The translations under genes were made by a program, and so were the position numbers. From Azolla caroliniana (Eukaryota > Plantae > Polypodiophyta): DNA of 64,000 nt. Below the pieces are notes generated by a model. That model was not told the origin of the DNA. It did no database searches and worked only from the letters and a program-made list of their open reading frames with translations. The number at the start of each line of letters is the position of its first letter. Position 1 is the stretch's first letter. The stretch covers positions 9,114,001-9,178,000 of the forward strand of contig JBHGNT010000021.1 in assembly GCA_043228905.1 (NCBI GenBank). The letters run 5' to 3'. This document shows positions 22,855-34,458 of the stretch, in pieces.

Positions 22855-25800
22855 TCACTTCGGCATGGGATGTCTTTCCAGTCCGACCCTCTTCCGGCAC
22901 GCTTCCAGCTTGTCGGGCGTGAGCACTTTGGTCAGCATATCTGACCCGTTCTCGTCCGTGTGGATCTTCGTCAGCACGAACTCCTGGTCTTCTATCCTTT
23001 CCCGGATCCAGTGATATCTACGCTGGATGTGCTTCGTCCGGGAATGGTAGGCCGCGTTCTTCGCAAGGTGGATGGCACTCTGACTATCGCTGTAGAGCCG
23101 GTACTCCTCCTGCCAGATACCGAGCTCTCTAATGAAGTCCTTCATCCATATTATTTCCTTGCCGGCTTCAACAGCCGCCATGTACTCCGCCTCCGTGGTT
23201 GACAACGCAACCGTCTTCTGCAACCTCGACTGCCACGAAACGGCTCCCCCTGCATATGTCATTACATACCCAGATGTAGACCGGCTGGTATCCGCATCAA
23301 CCGACATGTCCGAATCGGTAAATCCATCGAGTTCGGGCTTACCGGAGCCGAATCGGAGGCACATGTTCGAAGTGCCCTTTAAGTATCGGAGTATCCATTT
23401 GACCGCGTTCCAGTGCTCCTTGTCGGGATTACTCATATACCGGCTCACCACTCCGACTGCGTATCCAATGTCTGGTCGGGTACACACCATTGCGTACATC
23501 AAGCTCCCGACGGCAGAGGCATATGGTATCTTCATCATATCCTCCTTTTCAACTTTTGTCTTGGGACTTTGCTTGCCGGATAACTTGCAGTTTGCCGGGA
23601 GGGTCGATCCGACCAGTCTTGCTTCCGACATGTTGAACCGTTGAAGCACCTTTGTCACGTACTTCTCCTGTGACAGCCACAACTGCTTCTTCCTCCGGTC
23701 CCGGATGATGTGCATCCCTAACATTTGCCTCGCCGGACCCAAGTCCTTCATTGAGAAGGTTCGGTGAAGAGCCTTCTTCAGCATCCGTATCTTGGCCTGG
23801 TCCCGTCCGACGATCAACATGTCGTCCACGTACAGGAGGAGTATTAGAAAGTCTCCTCCTTCGAACTTCTTCACAAACACGCAGTGATCGGACTGGGTTT
23901 TGTGGTACCCTTCGTTGGTCATGAAGGAGTCGAACTTCCGGTACCACTGCCGGGGAGCGTGCTTCAGTCCGTAAAGGCTCTTCTTCAACTGGCATACCAG
24001 GTGCTCCTTCCCTTTCTTCTCGAATCCTTCCGGTTGCTGCATGTAGATTTCTTCTTCGAGGTCACCGTGAAGGAATGCCGTCTTCACGTCCATCTGTTCT
24101 ACCTCGAGGTCCATGCTTGCCGCTATGCTCAGCACCATCCGGATGGAGGTCATCTTCACTACCGGGGCAAATATCTCGTCGAAGTCGACGCCCTTCTTCT
24201 GCTGGAACCCCTTCACCACGATCCTGGCTTTGTATCTCGGGGGGTTTTCGGCATCTCCCGGTTTCAGCTTGAACACCCACTTGTTTCGAAGTGCCCGCTT
24301 TCCTTTCGGCAACTCCACAAGTTCATATGTGTGGTTCTCATGCAGGGAATCCATCTCCTCCTGCATGGCACTTAACCACCTGCGGCTATGGGTGTCAAGC
24401 TTTGCTTCTTCAAAACTCTCCGGCTCCCCCTCGTCGGTTAGCAGCACGTGCTCTGGTTCCGGAAATCTCCGGGGGGCCCTTCTCTCTCCTAGAGGATATC
24501 TCCGTTCCGGAGCTTCGGTAACCGGCTCCTCCGTTTCCTCTTCATCCGAATCCATTCCGGGATCGGGGCCGGTTCCGATATTAGTTTCATCTTCCTTGGC
24601 CGGTTCTGTTTCTTCACCGTCTTCGGCCGGATCCTCGAGTGCTAACCGGTCCCTTGCCGGTCGGGACTGCTCCTCGTAGAGTTGATCCTCACCGGTCGAC
24701 TTGGAGCTCTTCATCTTCTTTTCCGACTCCCAGTCCGCGAGTGTCTTGTCCTCCATGAAGATGATATCACGACTCCGGAATATCTTCTTGTCGACCGGGT
24801 CCCATACTCGGTAGCCGAACTCGTCGTCGCCGTAACCGAGGAATATGCATGGCCGGGTCTTTGGATCTAACTTTCCTCTCCGGTCCTTTGCCACATGCAC
24901 GTATGCGAGACACCCAAACACCTTCAGATGCCGGTAAGACACTTCCTTACCGGTCCACACTCTCTGTGGCGTGTCTCCATCCAGGGGTACTGAGGGTGAT
25001 CTATTTATCACATATGTCGCCGTCGACATTGCCTCAGCCCAAAACCCCTTGGGTAATTTCGCATGCGCCAGCATACTCCGGACCCTCTCCATTATGGTCC
25101 GGTTCATCCTCTCGGCCAGCCCGTTCAGTTCCGGCGTCTTCGGCACAGTAAACTCGAGCCGGATTCCCATCGAACGGCAATACTCCTCAAATTGCCCTCG
25201 GTATTCTCCTCCGTTATCCGCTCGTAGTGCTTTCAGCTTCTTGCCGGATTCTCTTTCCACTGTCGCATGGAGTTCTTTGAAGACGGACAATACTTGGTCC
25301 TTTGTCTTCAACGGTGCCGTCCACAGCTTCCGGCTATGGTCATCTATGAATGTCACGAAGTACTGCGCTCCGCCATGTGACTTCGTTTCTACCTGACACA
25401 CATCAGTGTGTACCAACTCCAATGGTACACTACGTCTCATCGGTGGTCTTGAGCGGAAGGAGGTCCGGTTTTGCTTACCGGCCAGACAGTCGGTACACTT
25501 CCCCAAGTGTACGTGCTTTACCGGTATCAGGTTGTCTTCGGCAAGCCTCTTCATCCCCTTCTCGCTCATGTGGCACAGTCTCTTGTGCCACAGCTCACCG
25601 GCAGTGTCAGCTGCCACGTTCAGCTCCTCCGGACATAGCCGGGAATTCATCAGGTACAGTGTGTTGACCTTCCGGGCCCGAGCCACTATCCGGCTCCCTT
25701 TGCTGAACTTCATTACGCCATTCCGGATGCTACCTGTGTAGCCTTCATCGTCTAGCCTCCCGGCCGAAATCAGGTTCAATCGAACCTCCGGAACGTGTCG

Positions 25801-26928
25801 GACATCCTTCAGCAGCATCTTGCATCCGGTTGATGTCATCAGCCACACGTCTCCTATGCCGGCAATCCGGCATGTACCTTCATTTCCCATCCGGACACAG
25901 CCGTGCTCACCGGCTGTGTAGGATGAGAAGTATTTCTTCTCCGGGGTCAGGTGGAACGACGCTCCGGAATCGACCACCCAGGTCATCTCTTCATCGGCAA
26001 GGTTCAGCTCCCTCTCTTCGGTAATGAGCATTATCTCTTCTTCACTTGCCGCGAGTGCCATCGTTCCTTTCCGGTCCTGCCCTCGCCGATCCGGACCTCT
26101 CCGGTCCGTGGCTCCCCGGTATGCACCGTTTCGCTCCGGTGACTTCTTCGAATCGGTACCGTCGGTTCCGTTGTCTTTCCGGAAATGCCGACAGTTCTTC
26201 TGGAAGTGCCCCGGCTTCCCACAGTAGAAGCATGTAGGTCTTCCCCTCGACTGCGACCGTGTCCCCGACTTCTCTCGTCTTTGCGGACTCCGGTTCCGTT
26301 GTCTTCCCCGTTCCGATTCGGTAAGCAGCGCCTTCGAGTCGGAGGCCGGTTCTTTATCTCTCCGACGCGCTTCTTCATTTAGAATACTTGTCTTTACCGT
26401 TAGTAAAAACAAGTTCTCTTCCTTACAGGAGGTGCTGAGAGTAACTACCAAGTTCTCCCAGCTCTCCGGAAGGGTACACATCAGCATGATGGCTTGCATT
26501 GCGTCATCCAACGGGAACTTGATCGCCGCAAGCTGGTTCACGAATCCCATGAACGTGCTGACGTGTTCGACCATGCTCTCGCCGTCCCGGTACTTAAGGT
26601 TCACTATCTTCCTCATCAGGGAGGTCCGGGTCAGAGCATTCTTCCTCTCATACAGTCCGGACAGCTTCTGCCACATCTCATAGGCGTTCATATCGTTCGC
26701 CACATGTTGTAGAACACTTACATCGACATATTGCCGGATCGTCGCTACGGCTTTCCGGTTCAGGAGCTTCCACTCCGACTCTATTACCCCCTTGGGTGTC
26801 TCGGCATTGTCGATCGGTTCGTACAGGTCTCGGACGATGAGAAGGTCTTCCATCTTTATCTTCCAGTCGGCGTAGTTCTGTGAGTTCAACACCATCATGC
26901 CCGGAGGCCCACTATCGCCGCCTTCCAT
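22855..26928 (-). CDS. copia gag-pol polyprotein, 1357 aa, uninterrupted
   Basis: CFYCGKPGH knuckle, WVVDSGAS protease, HTDVC/RADNGGEY/ELNGLAER integrase, LYVDDML RT, GFTDSD RNase H. Confidence 0.96.
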   Translation of the reverse strand: MEGGDSGPPGMMVLNSQNYADWKIKMEDLLIVRDLYEPIDNAETPKGVIESEWKLLNRKAVATIRQYVDVSVLQHVANDMNAYEMWQKLSGLYERKNALTRTSLMRKIVNLKYRDGESMVEHVSTFMGFVNQLAAIKFPLDDAMQAIMLMCTLPESWENLVVTLSTSCKEENLFLLTVKTSILNEEARRRDKEPASDSKALLTESERGRQRNRSPQRREKSGTRSQSRGRPTCFYCGKPGHFQKNCRHFRKDNGTDGTDSKKSPERNGAYRGATDRRGPDRRGQDRKGTMALAASEEEIMLITEERELNLADEEMTWVVDSGASFHLTPEKKYFSSYTAGEHGCVRMGNEGTCRIAGIGDVWLMTSTGCKMLLKDVRHVPEVRLNLISAGRLDDEGYTGSIRNGVMKFSKGSRIVARARKVNTLYLMNSRLCPEELNVAADTAGELWHKRLCHMSEKGMKRLAEDNLIPVKHVHLGKCTDCLAGKQNRTSFRSRPPMRRSVPLELVHTDVCQVETKSHGGAQYFVTFIDDHSRKLWTAPLKTKDQVLSVFKELHATVERESGKKLKALRADNGGEYRGQFEEYCRSMGIRLEFTVPKTPELNGLAERMNRTIMERVRSMLAHAKLPKGFWAEAMSTATYVINRSPSVPLDGDTPQRVWTGKEVSYRHLKVFGCLAYVHVAKDRRGKLDPKTRPCIFLGYGDDEFGYRVWDPVDKKIFRSRDIIFMEDKTLADWESEKKMKSSKSTGEDQLYEEQSRPARDRLALEDPAEDGEETEPAKEDETNIGTGPDPGMDSDEEETEEPVTEAPERRYPLGERRAPRRFPEPEHVLLTDEGEPESFEEAKLDTHSRRWLSAMQEEMDSLHENHTYELVELPKGKRALRNKWVFKLKPGDAENPPRYKARIVVKGFQQKKGVDFDEIFAPVVKMTSIRMVLSIAASMDLEVEQMDVKTAFLHGDLEEEIYMQQPEGFEKKGKEHLVCQLKKSLYGLKHAPRQWYRKFDSFMTNEGYHKTQSDHCVFVKKFEGGDFLILLLYVDDMLIVGRDQAKIRMLKKALHRTFSMKDLGPARQMLGMHIIRDRRKKQLWLSQEKYVTKVLQRFNMSEARLVGSTLPANCKLSGKQSPKTKVEKEDMMKIPYASAVGSLMYAMVCTRPDIGYAVGVVSRYMSNPDKEHWNAVKWILRYLKGTSNMCLRFGSGKPELDGFTDSDMSVDADTSRSTSGYVMTYAGGAVSWQSRLQKTVALSTTEAEYMAAVEAGKEIIWMKDFIRELGIWQEEYRLYSDSQSAIHLAKNAAYHSRTKHIQRRYHWIRERIEDQEFVLTKIHTDENGSDMLTKVLTPDKLEACRKRVGLERHPMPK

Positions 26929-28635
26929 TTTCTGTGTTACCGTCGCTCTGATACCACTTTGTTAAACACAGTGCTCGGCCACAACCGAGGAATAGGATCA
27001 ACTCACAGAAAACAAAATGCACGATGCACGAAGACAATAGAGAGAAGAGTGCACAGGATGTTTTGCGTGGAAAACCCTAAATGGGAAAAAACCATGGGAG
27101 TCCTCAAACTCCAACTATCACTATGAACAGAGATGTACAATGGTGAAGCTACAAGGCAACAACCTTGAGCTCACTGTCTTCGCCACAGGCGGCGGTAATA
27201 CACAAAGGCAACGACCTCTTCGTCTCTCTCTCTCGGCTGCTCTCTTCACTCTCTTGCACACATAAGAGTGGCGATACACGATAAGCAACAACAACATTAA
27301 ACTGTTTGCCCTAAGTCATATTTATACACATATGACTTTCGGGCTATTTACAAATATGGCCTCAAGGACCCTTGGCAAACATATTCACAAATATGTCATC
27401 CGGATCCGGAACCGGGTCTTCATCATCCGGATCCGAAACCGGGTCTTCATCATCCGGATCCGGAACCGGGTCTTCATCATCCGGCTCCGTAGCCGGGGTC
27501 TTCATCATCCGGATCCGGAACCGGGTCTTCATCATCCGGCTCCGGAACCGGGTCTTCATTCCCGATTCCCGGACATCCGACCATCCCATCCGGAGGGACC
27601 GTAATCCCAACACATTTGAAGTGGATGGTTGGCGGGTAAGTCGGGTGTAGCTCATCTCGATGTCGAATCACTAAGTGCATCTGGCAACTCTCGCATGTGG
27701 TCACAGACTGGTGCACATCACGGTACTGGCTAGGCCACCAATACTTGTCCTTCAGTTTTTTGAACGTGGCCCACGTCCCACGGTGTCCGGCCCAAGGACT
27801 CTCGTGATACGCCATTAGCAATGCTTCTTGCTCTTCCTTCCCTGCCACTACACGGAGTGGAACGCCGCCTCACTTTTTCGGGTGCCTCCATATATTCCCG
27901 TCCCGCAGGAAGAATTAGTATGCCTTCTTCCGGATCCGGTTAGCCTCTTCCTTTGTCCATGCCGGGTCCGGCATCAACTTTAGGAACTTGCCGATCTGGA
28001 GCCACTCCCCGTTGTACTCACCTTCGTAAAATTCATTTAGCGCCAGAGTGCTCCCTGCCCTCATTGTCACATAAGCCAACTCAAAGAATTCTACGCCGAC
28101 CTCCTCTTCCTCGGAAACCATGTCGTCTTCGTCATCAAACCGCGCTCTCGAAAGCATGTCGGCCATGGCGTTGTCCTTCCCGGAGATGTGCCATATCTCT
28201 CGATTCAGGGACTTATTGTACGCGATCCACCTGAGCATCGCTAGGTCTGGTGTCGCGCATCTAGAAACCATACCGACGATCGCTAATCAGTCCGTCTCGA
28301 TTATCACCTTCGTCCCGATCAAGTAGTCCTTGTCGGCCTTGACCGCCGAAACGATACCCTAGAGTTTGTGTTTAACCTAGGCATATCCTCTCTGCCGCTC
28401 ACTAAGTACCTTTGCTCCGAACCGGATGGGAAACCTCGTGCCGTTTCCGTCCTCCTGGTTGACCACCCATCCTATCCTAGTCGGGCTCGTGTCTACGGCT
28501 ACGTAAATCGGGACCTCCTTACCGTAAACCACTTTCCAGAGTGTCGATGCCACGATAAGCGCTTATTTCAATATCCGTACGACTGTGTATGTTCCCCGCT
28601 CCACTCGAACTTGCGCCCTTTCTTCAACAACCCGC

Positions 28636-29411
28636 TGTCGTGAAGAATTTCGGCCAGAGGAGGAAACCGGGAAATATGGGCTACATTGGCGGGGTGCACC
28701 ATGTGCACTCACCCTCGTGTAATTGTGTGAATAATAGGAGTTAAGTCGGGATGAAGAATCCCATGTAAATCGGGATTTATCCCACATTGTAATGCATCCC
28801 TCTCCTTGTTCTATAAAAGGAAGGGATGGTCCCTTGTAAAAGGGTTGCCCATTTTGTATTAGTAGGGTATAACGTTAGATGGAGAGACGTTCTCTCTTCC
28901 TCTCTCTCTCTCTCTTGTTTTAGGGTTTCTTCTTCTTGCTCTCCTCTGCTTCTTCTTCTTCGTCCTTCTGTGCGTCGAGCCTTGGCATCTAGCGTTCCGG
29001 TTTTCTGCCCTGTACTCTGTGCAAGACCCCGCTCGGCGCGACAAGCCCGAGAGCTCCCTGACCGGCGGCTTGGCAGTAGACAACGGTTGTATCTCATGCG
29101 ACCTAGGTCAGGCTTGAAGTCGGTGTTGAATCTTGTTGTCTTGTAAATACATATACATTTGGTTGTGCATATTCGGGTCTTTGTTGGTGTGCGTGTGTGT
29201 GTCTTACTGTTTCTTTCTTGCTTATGTACATGTTCGTGCGAGAGTCAATGTTGCGTGCCTGCTCTCTCTCTCTCTCTCCCTTCGGTTGCTTCCGGTGTGC
29301 TCCTAGGGTGCCCCAGAAAAGGTGAAGCACGACTTCCTACGCTCCGTCACTCCCTAGTCCAAGACCCCCGTGGTCCCGCCTTTCTCCACGCACGCGCGAA
29401 ACTTTGTGACA
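28636..29411 (+). mobile_element. solo LTR of the TGTCGTG lineage in B pol
   Basis: TGTCGTGAAG...TGTGACA termini, 4-bp TSD CCGC/CCGT. The host frame EPLYG-LLKKG is restored on removal. Confidence 0.85.
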
Positions 29412-32026
29412 CCGTAGAGCGGCTCCGTGACATGTGCGTAGTGCGGAATCCAGATGTGGTAGAACGCGCATGCACCCAAGAACTTCCGGACTTCCGTAAC
29501 CGACTTGCAGTCTTCCTTCATTGCAAAGATGGCTTCTACCTTTGCCGGGGATGGTTTCCGGCCATAAGGTCCGCACAGGTGACCGACGACCATGATCTTT
29601 GACTGCCCGAAAGCCGATTTCTCTCCGGAGAAGGTGAAACGCACACTCTCGAGTCTCTGTAGCACCTTCTCGTAGTCGTTGATGTGGTTTGCCACAAATC
29701 TCCGGCAACCATTTGGCCCAACCGATTCGTCCTCATCTTCCACTAGGCATCCTTTGATCGGGATGTCATCCAAGAATGGCATGGTGATGTCTGGGATGCA
29801 ATCCCTCAGCACTTTGTTCATCGCATTCACCATGTGCGCCACCAAGTTGGTCCCTCCTTGCGGTACACATCCACACTAGGCCGTGAGGAGTCCACATCGT
29901 CGTAATATCCCTGCTCTCCACGTCTAGTTGGAACTGATCGTACCTCGAGTATAGGTCACCGACCGAATAGATCGACCTTCCGGCGTAGGCCTCCGTGAAC
30001 TCGTCAATGGTCGATCCAATTCCTACGTTCCGAATGGTCACTTTATTGACCAGCCGCAGGTCCTGAATGAAGCGCATCGTGTCGTTCTTCTTCGGCACGG
30101 TAAACCACCGATTCGAATACGGGGCACTTGATGGCTTGAGGATGCCCATCTCCACCTTCTGCTTCAACAACTCCATCAATTTCGGGATGTGAGCTCTTGG
30201 TACCAAAATCGGCTTGAGATTTCATGGCACATGTGGTACCCTGAAAATCACCATTGGTTCCACGATCGTCGGGTCTATGGACCCGATCTCCTCTAGTTAG
30301 AATGCGAAGGCCTTCTCGTGCCTTCCGAGCATTCTCCGAAACCGCTCCTCCTCCACTGGCAGTAGAAAGCCACCCCCATCAACCTTGAGCTCTCATAGCG
30401 TTTTGTCGGTGAACCGGTGTCCTATGCCGGCCGGATTCCGCAAACTTGGGTCCATTCCTCGCTGCCCTCCGATAAGGGTGTCGCGACTAGCCTCACCTTC
30501 CAGTCCATAGTCTTGTACCTCGTATCCGCGTGGGCCATCCGATCCAACTCAACCCTTTCCTCGAAATCGGTAATGACTTCGTACATATCCACCGAGTTAA
30601 TTGGAATCACCTGGTCTTCACTGAGGCCTTCTTCAATCACCTTTCCTATTTCCCCCCGGGTTTTGTCGAAAGAGACCACCTCCATGGCGTTGCTAATTTC
30701 TTCGTCGGGGCTAAGGACTCCGCACTCTCTGAAACGCTCCTCGGTCCTCTTCTTCTCCTAGCCACTGATGTCGGCTATCGTACAACCTCCAATGTCAGAG
30801 ACCCAAAACTTCCTACCTATAGTACAAAACTTCCTTCCTATGGTACACTTGTGGGGTTCTACCGGAGTGTCCGGACTATCGCGGCCCCACGCCTTGATAG
30901 CCCTCTCTGAAAATCCCCTTCGCTATCCCCATCGAGGATCTCGCGATTACTCTCCTGATTCAGTCGCACTGTCAGAAATTGGACGGAGTGTCGCCCATCT
31001 TGGCTCTTCATGCATGCGTACGCCGAACCGTTATCCAGCACCTTTGTCTCCATGCGTGCCACCATAATGTACGGTTCGCCGAATATCACCGGGGATGTCT
31101 CCTGCATGAAGAAGTGTTGATCAATCTCGACATCGTCGATTTTCACATGTACATTCGGGTAGGCCACATGCAACTCCTCCGTGGCGCACGTCGCCGCGTG
31201 TATCTTCCACCCGTGCTTGGTGTTGATGGGCCACTTTCCCTTCTTATAGAAGTCCATAGACTTCAAATTGATCTCCGACCCGTGGTTGATCAGTGCCATT
31301 ACCAGCTCCTGGATGTCTCCGAACCGAACAGGGGTTTCCGTAGTAGCCCTTGCCCAGTGCAACTTCAAATAGTGGCTCTCCACCAACTCGTCTTCTAGGG
31401 CCACGTCCTCCAGGTGCGTTGTTCGCACCTCCATGGGCTTCTCCAGTTCCGGCTCCGTCGAGAGCCGTTTCCGCTTCACCAAGTCCATGATGGAATCATG
31501 GAACTCCTTCTTTGCAATCCCAAGCATCTCCCTCAGCGACAACTCCACCTTGCTATCAAGAATCCGTTCCTCGAGGACCTTCTGCAGGTCCGTCGTCCTC
31601 TCAATCTCCGTGCTCAGCCGGTAACCGGCCGGCTTCGTTCTATCCGGTGCGCCGGGGTTACCGGCATCATTCTACTTCAGCCCAAACCAGGTCTCATACC
31701 GTTGGGAGGGTTCAGCCCCTTCGGTCTTTCCCGCATGCTTGTCTTCTACCAGAACCTCATAGTTCTGGCACGCCGCTTCCATGAATCCGGTTTTCTCCTC
31801 GATTCGGTCATCCCATCCGGTAACCTCTTGAATCCACTTCTCCGCACGGTCCGCTTCTTCCTTCCTCAGCCATACACCGGTGAGGCCTTCTAGCACCAAC
31901 GGCCAGAATCCGGAGACCTTCCTCTTTTGGCCTTCATCGCTTCCGACCCGGATTCCTGCCGACGCCAAGTAGTGGATGGCCTCCGCATGGCGTGCCACCG
32001 CTTCTTCTATCAGTCACTTCATTCCT

Positions 32027-32273
32027 CCGCGCCCGGTATTCAGCTCCAAGGTTCTCTAAGTGTCGTCGGCGTGCACTCGCCCGTTCCACAAATACACCAC
32101 ATTGCTTCTAAGCACATCTGCAAAATCCGCGCACTCTTTTCGAAAGTGGCTGACCGCGCCCGGTATTCAACTCCATGGCTCTCTAGGTGTCGTCGGCGTG
32201 CACTCGCCCGTTCCACAAATACACCTCATTGCTTCTAAGCACGCCTGCAAAATCCGCGCACTCTTTCCGAAAG
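32027..32273. repeat. 127-bp tandem duplication in B gag
   Basis: CCGCGCCCGGTATTCA... recurs at 32027 and 32154. Confidence 0.85.
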
Positions 32274-33186
32274 ATGCCGACCACGTCGCACCACATCCAC
32301 CACTACCCAGTCGGAGGCCTCCGGTCGCGAGATTGTTCGCCGTTGTCTCTCCGCGCCTATGCGATCTCCAGATCGCGCACCATTTGCGTCAGCTCTTCCA
32401 GAGCCAGTCCTCTGAATGGGCCTTTGACCACGCCGGTCGAGGTTGAGCTTGTCTCAAGCCAATCCTGGGTTTCCTCCTTTCATGCCGGTGAAGGTTCCTC
32501 AAACTTCCTTGCCAGAACTGGTCTTGCCGTCGACGAACCCTCGTCGCCCCATTCACGCCATTTATCGAAACGGCTGCAAACTCTTTTTACCACGCCCCAG
32601 TCGGCCGTTAGCCCGTCATCTGTCTCCAGCAGAAGACCCAATTGCTCCCGGTCTTGCACGTCTACTGCTTTGACGAACAATAAGACACGGCTCATGTCTA
32701 GCATGGTCCTGTCCAGTGTCAAGAGCCACGAGAAGCATTCCTCAAACTCCCGGCGTTCCTCCCCTTTCCGGGGTTCTCCACCCACTCCATGAAGTCCCAC
32801 TTCGATAAACAAAGCACGTCATCAAGCTCGTACTTCTCGAGGAGCTGACCTTCGAATTCTCCCCAGGTCCGACACCTAGCCTATACCTCAAGCACCTCTA
32901 CGTGGATGCCTGGCGTTGCCACCCAAGGGAATCCGGCCAGTCGCCTGTCCTCCGAGATGTCCATCATCAGCATCTCGGCTCGGTAGGCCTCTAAATAGCT
33001 CATGGAGTTTTTCCCGCTGAACCGGCCTATTCTATTGACAATCGCTTCGATGGTCCTGTTGAGGGCGATTCTGTTGTCACAAGCACTTACTATCTGATCA
33101 ACAGCTATCGCCATGGCTTCGGCCAGCTCTAATCCCCTCATCTTTGACTCCTTTGCCGCATTGCTTCACGTCGGGTTCACCAAATA

Positions 33187-33826
33187 TGTTGTGTTGTTTC
33201 GCTCTCGCGTAGGAAACTAAGGCAGGACCGTAGGGGCCCTAGACCGAGGAATACCCGAAACAGAGGGAGGAGCAAGGTGAAACAATGAGCCGAGACACAC
33301 ACACAAATACGCAGAGGACTCACAAAGGTATCGATTAAGACAACTAGGCGAATACAATGCTCTTCGAGATTACAACGGGCAAGCCGGTGAGCGACCACGC
33401 TCAAACACCCACACACAGAGCGTGTCGTGGATCCTCTACCAAAGCGCACGGGCTTCTCCCTCGAGCAGAGGCAACCGACCAAAACCTGTGGAGCTCAACA
33501 AAGAAAAATGAGATGAGTGCTCGGTTCCCAGTTCGACAGCACTTTGTCCTCCCAAAACGTGATAGATGTTTCAGCCATCTCCCCTTTTCTTTTATAGGCC
33601 GCTAGGGAGGGCCGTCACATCCTGAATACATCATCTTTATTCTTTGTCCCTTCGGACAGAGATATGCATCGATTTCCTAGCTAATAAATGTGTACTACCT
33701 AGTATAATTACATCAACCGACCTATTCCTAATTATGTACATCTTATCAATACGTGCGCCCGCACGTAAGGGCCGGTTCATGCGTCTTATTCATCGATTCC
33801 TCCTAAAACCGGTTTTCTTCACGACA
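33187..33826 (-). repeat. 5' LTR of B, flanked by both a PBS and a PPT
   Basis: Direct repeat of 9531-10173; 33827-33865 also repeats 10174-10212. Confidence 0.88.
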
Positions 33827-33874
33827 TCCACCTCCACCAAACCGGGCATCCACCGATATGCGCTGGAGGGGTGC

Positions 33875-34430
33875 TGTCCCACAGGCGTGTGAGGTGTTAT
33901 CCATGGGACAAAAGAGATACAGTGTGAAATGAATCTAAGGATACGAGTACGTAAAGTTGGTGCAAAATGACAAACCGAGGAGGAAGGTAACGAATTACAA
34001 GTAGCCAAAAATGAAGGCCGAGAAGAAAGGATTTACTGAAGCACGTCGAGCAGAAAGGGAAGCTATAAAACGAGAAGTAGAATCAGAAGGAAAAGGAGAA
34101 TAAGGGAGAGTGATACCCTAGTCTAGAGAGAATTATTATTATTTGTCTAATTGTATGAGAATAGAACACCGGTTGTGAGCTGTGTAACTTTTGCATCGGA
34201 ATCTATTAATATATCTATCTTCGTGGGTCTAATCTGTTCAAGTATCTATTTATGTTATTTGGATTTGCTATCTTAATTTCAAGTACAGTTTACACAGCCG
34301 GTTGTGGCTGACTGTTTTCGTAATCACTAACCGTGCAATCTCGGTTTCTTGTCCACCACTAAATACCACAACCCCTTGAGCCGATTACCCTAGAAGTAAT
34401 CGAAGGTTTTATCTCCAAGCAAAGACAACA
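33875..34430 (+). mobile_element. isolated A-family LTR without matching TSD
   Basis: Starts TGTCCCACAGGC, has TATAAAA at ~34064 and ends GACAACA; the flanks GGTGC and CTTCT differ. Confidence 0.65.
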
Positions 34431-34458
34431 CTTCTCATTTGTCCACATGCACACATGT

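Larger units (their letters stand above)
22158..27612 (-). mobile_element. intact Ty1/copia element 'D1'
   Basis: LTRs at 22158-22844 and 26960-27612, TSD CATTT, PBS TGGTATCAGAGC (tRNA-iMet) at 26945-26956, PPT AAGTGAAGGGGGAG. Confidence 0.97.
9531..33826 (-). mobile_element. Ty3/gypsy element 'B' (tRNA-Trp-primed lineage), degenerate, host of four nested insertions
   Basis: LTRs at 9531-10173 and 33187-33826 (roughly 90% similar by eye), Trp PBS near 33165-33182, PPT 10174-10185. gag-PR ~30917-33141. RT/RNase H/IN pieces at 29412-30900, 27613-28635, 21873-22157 and 10250-11259 rejoin across the insertions. Confidence 0.9.

Noticed and set aside
22530-22900. ORFs with HPDPEPGLH / PDDEDPVPD repeats (also 27332-27655)
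   Set aside because: These are translations of the stop-free 27-bp LTR array in several frames; no coding evidence.
9460-34430. 9460 and 33875 as the paired LTRs of one giant element
   Set aside because: The two LTR starts are clearly diverged, the flanks give no TSD, and 9460 sits at the 3' end of A1 by homology with A2.
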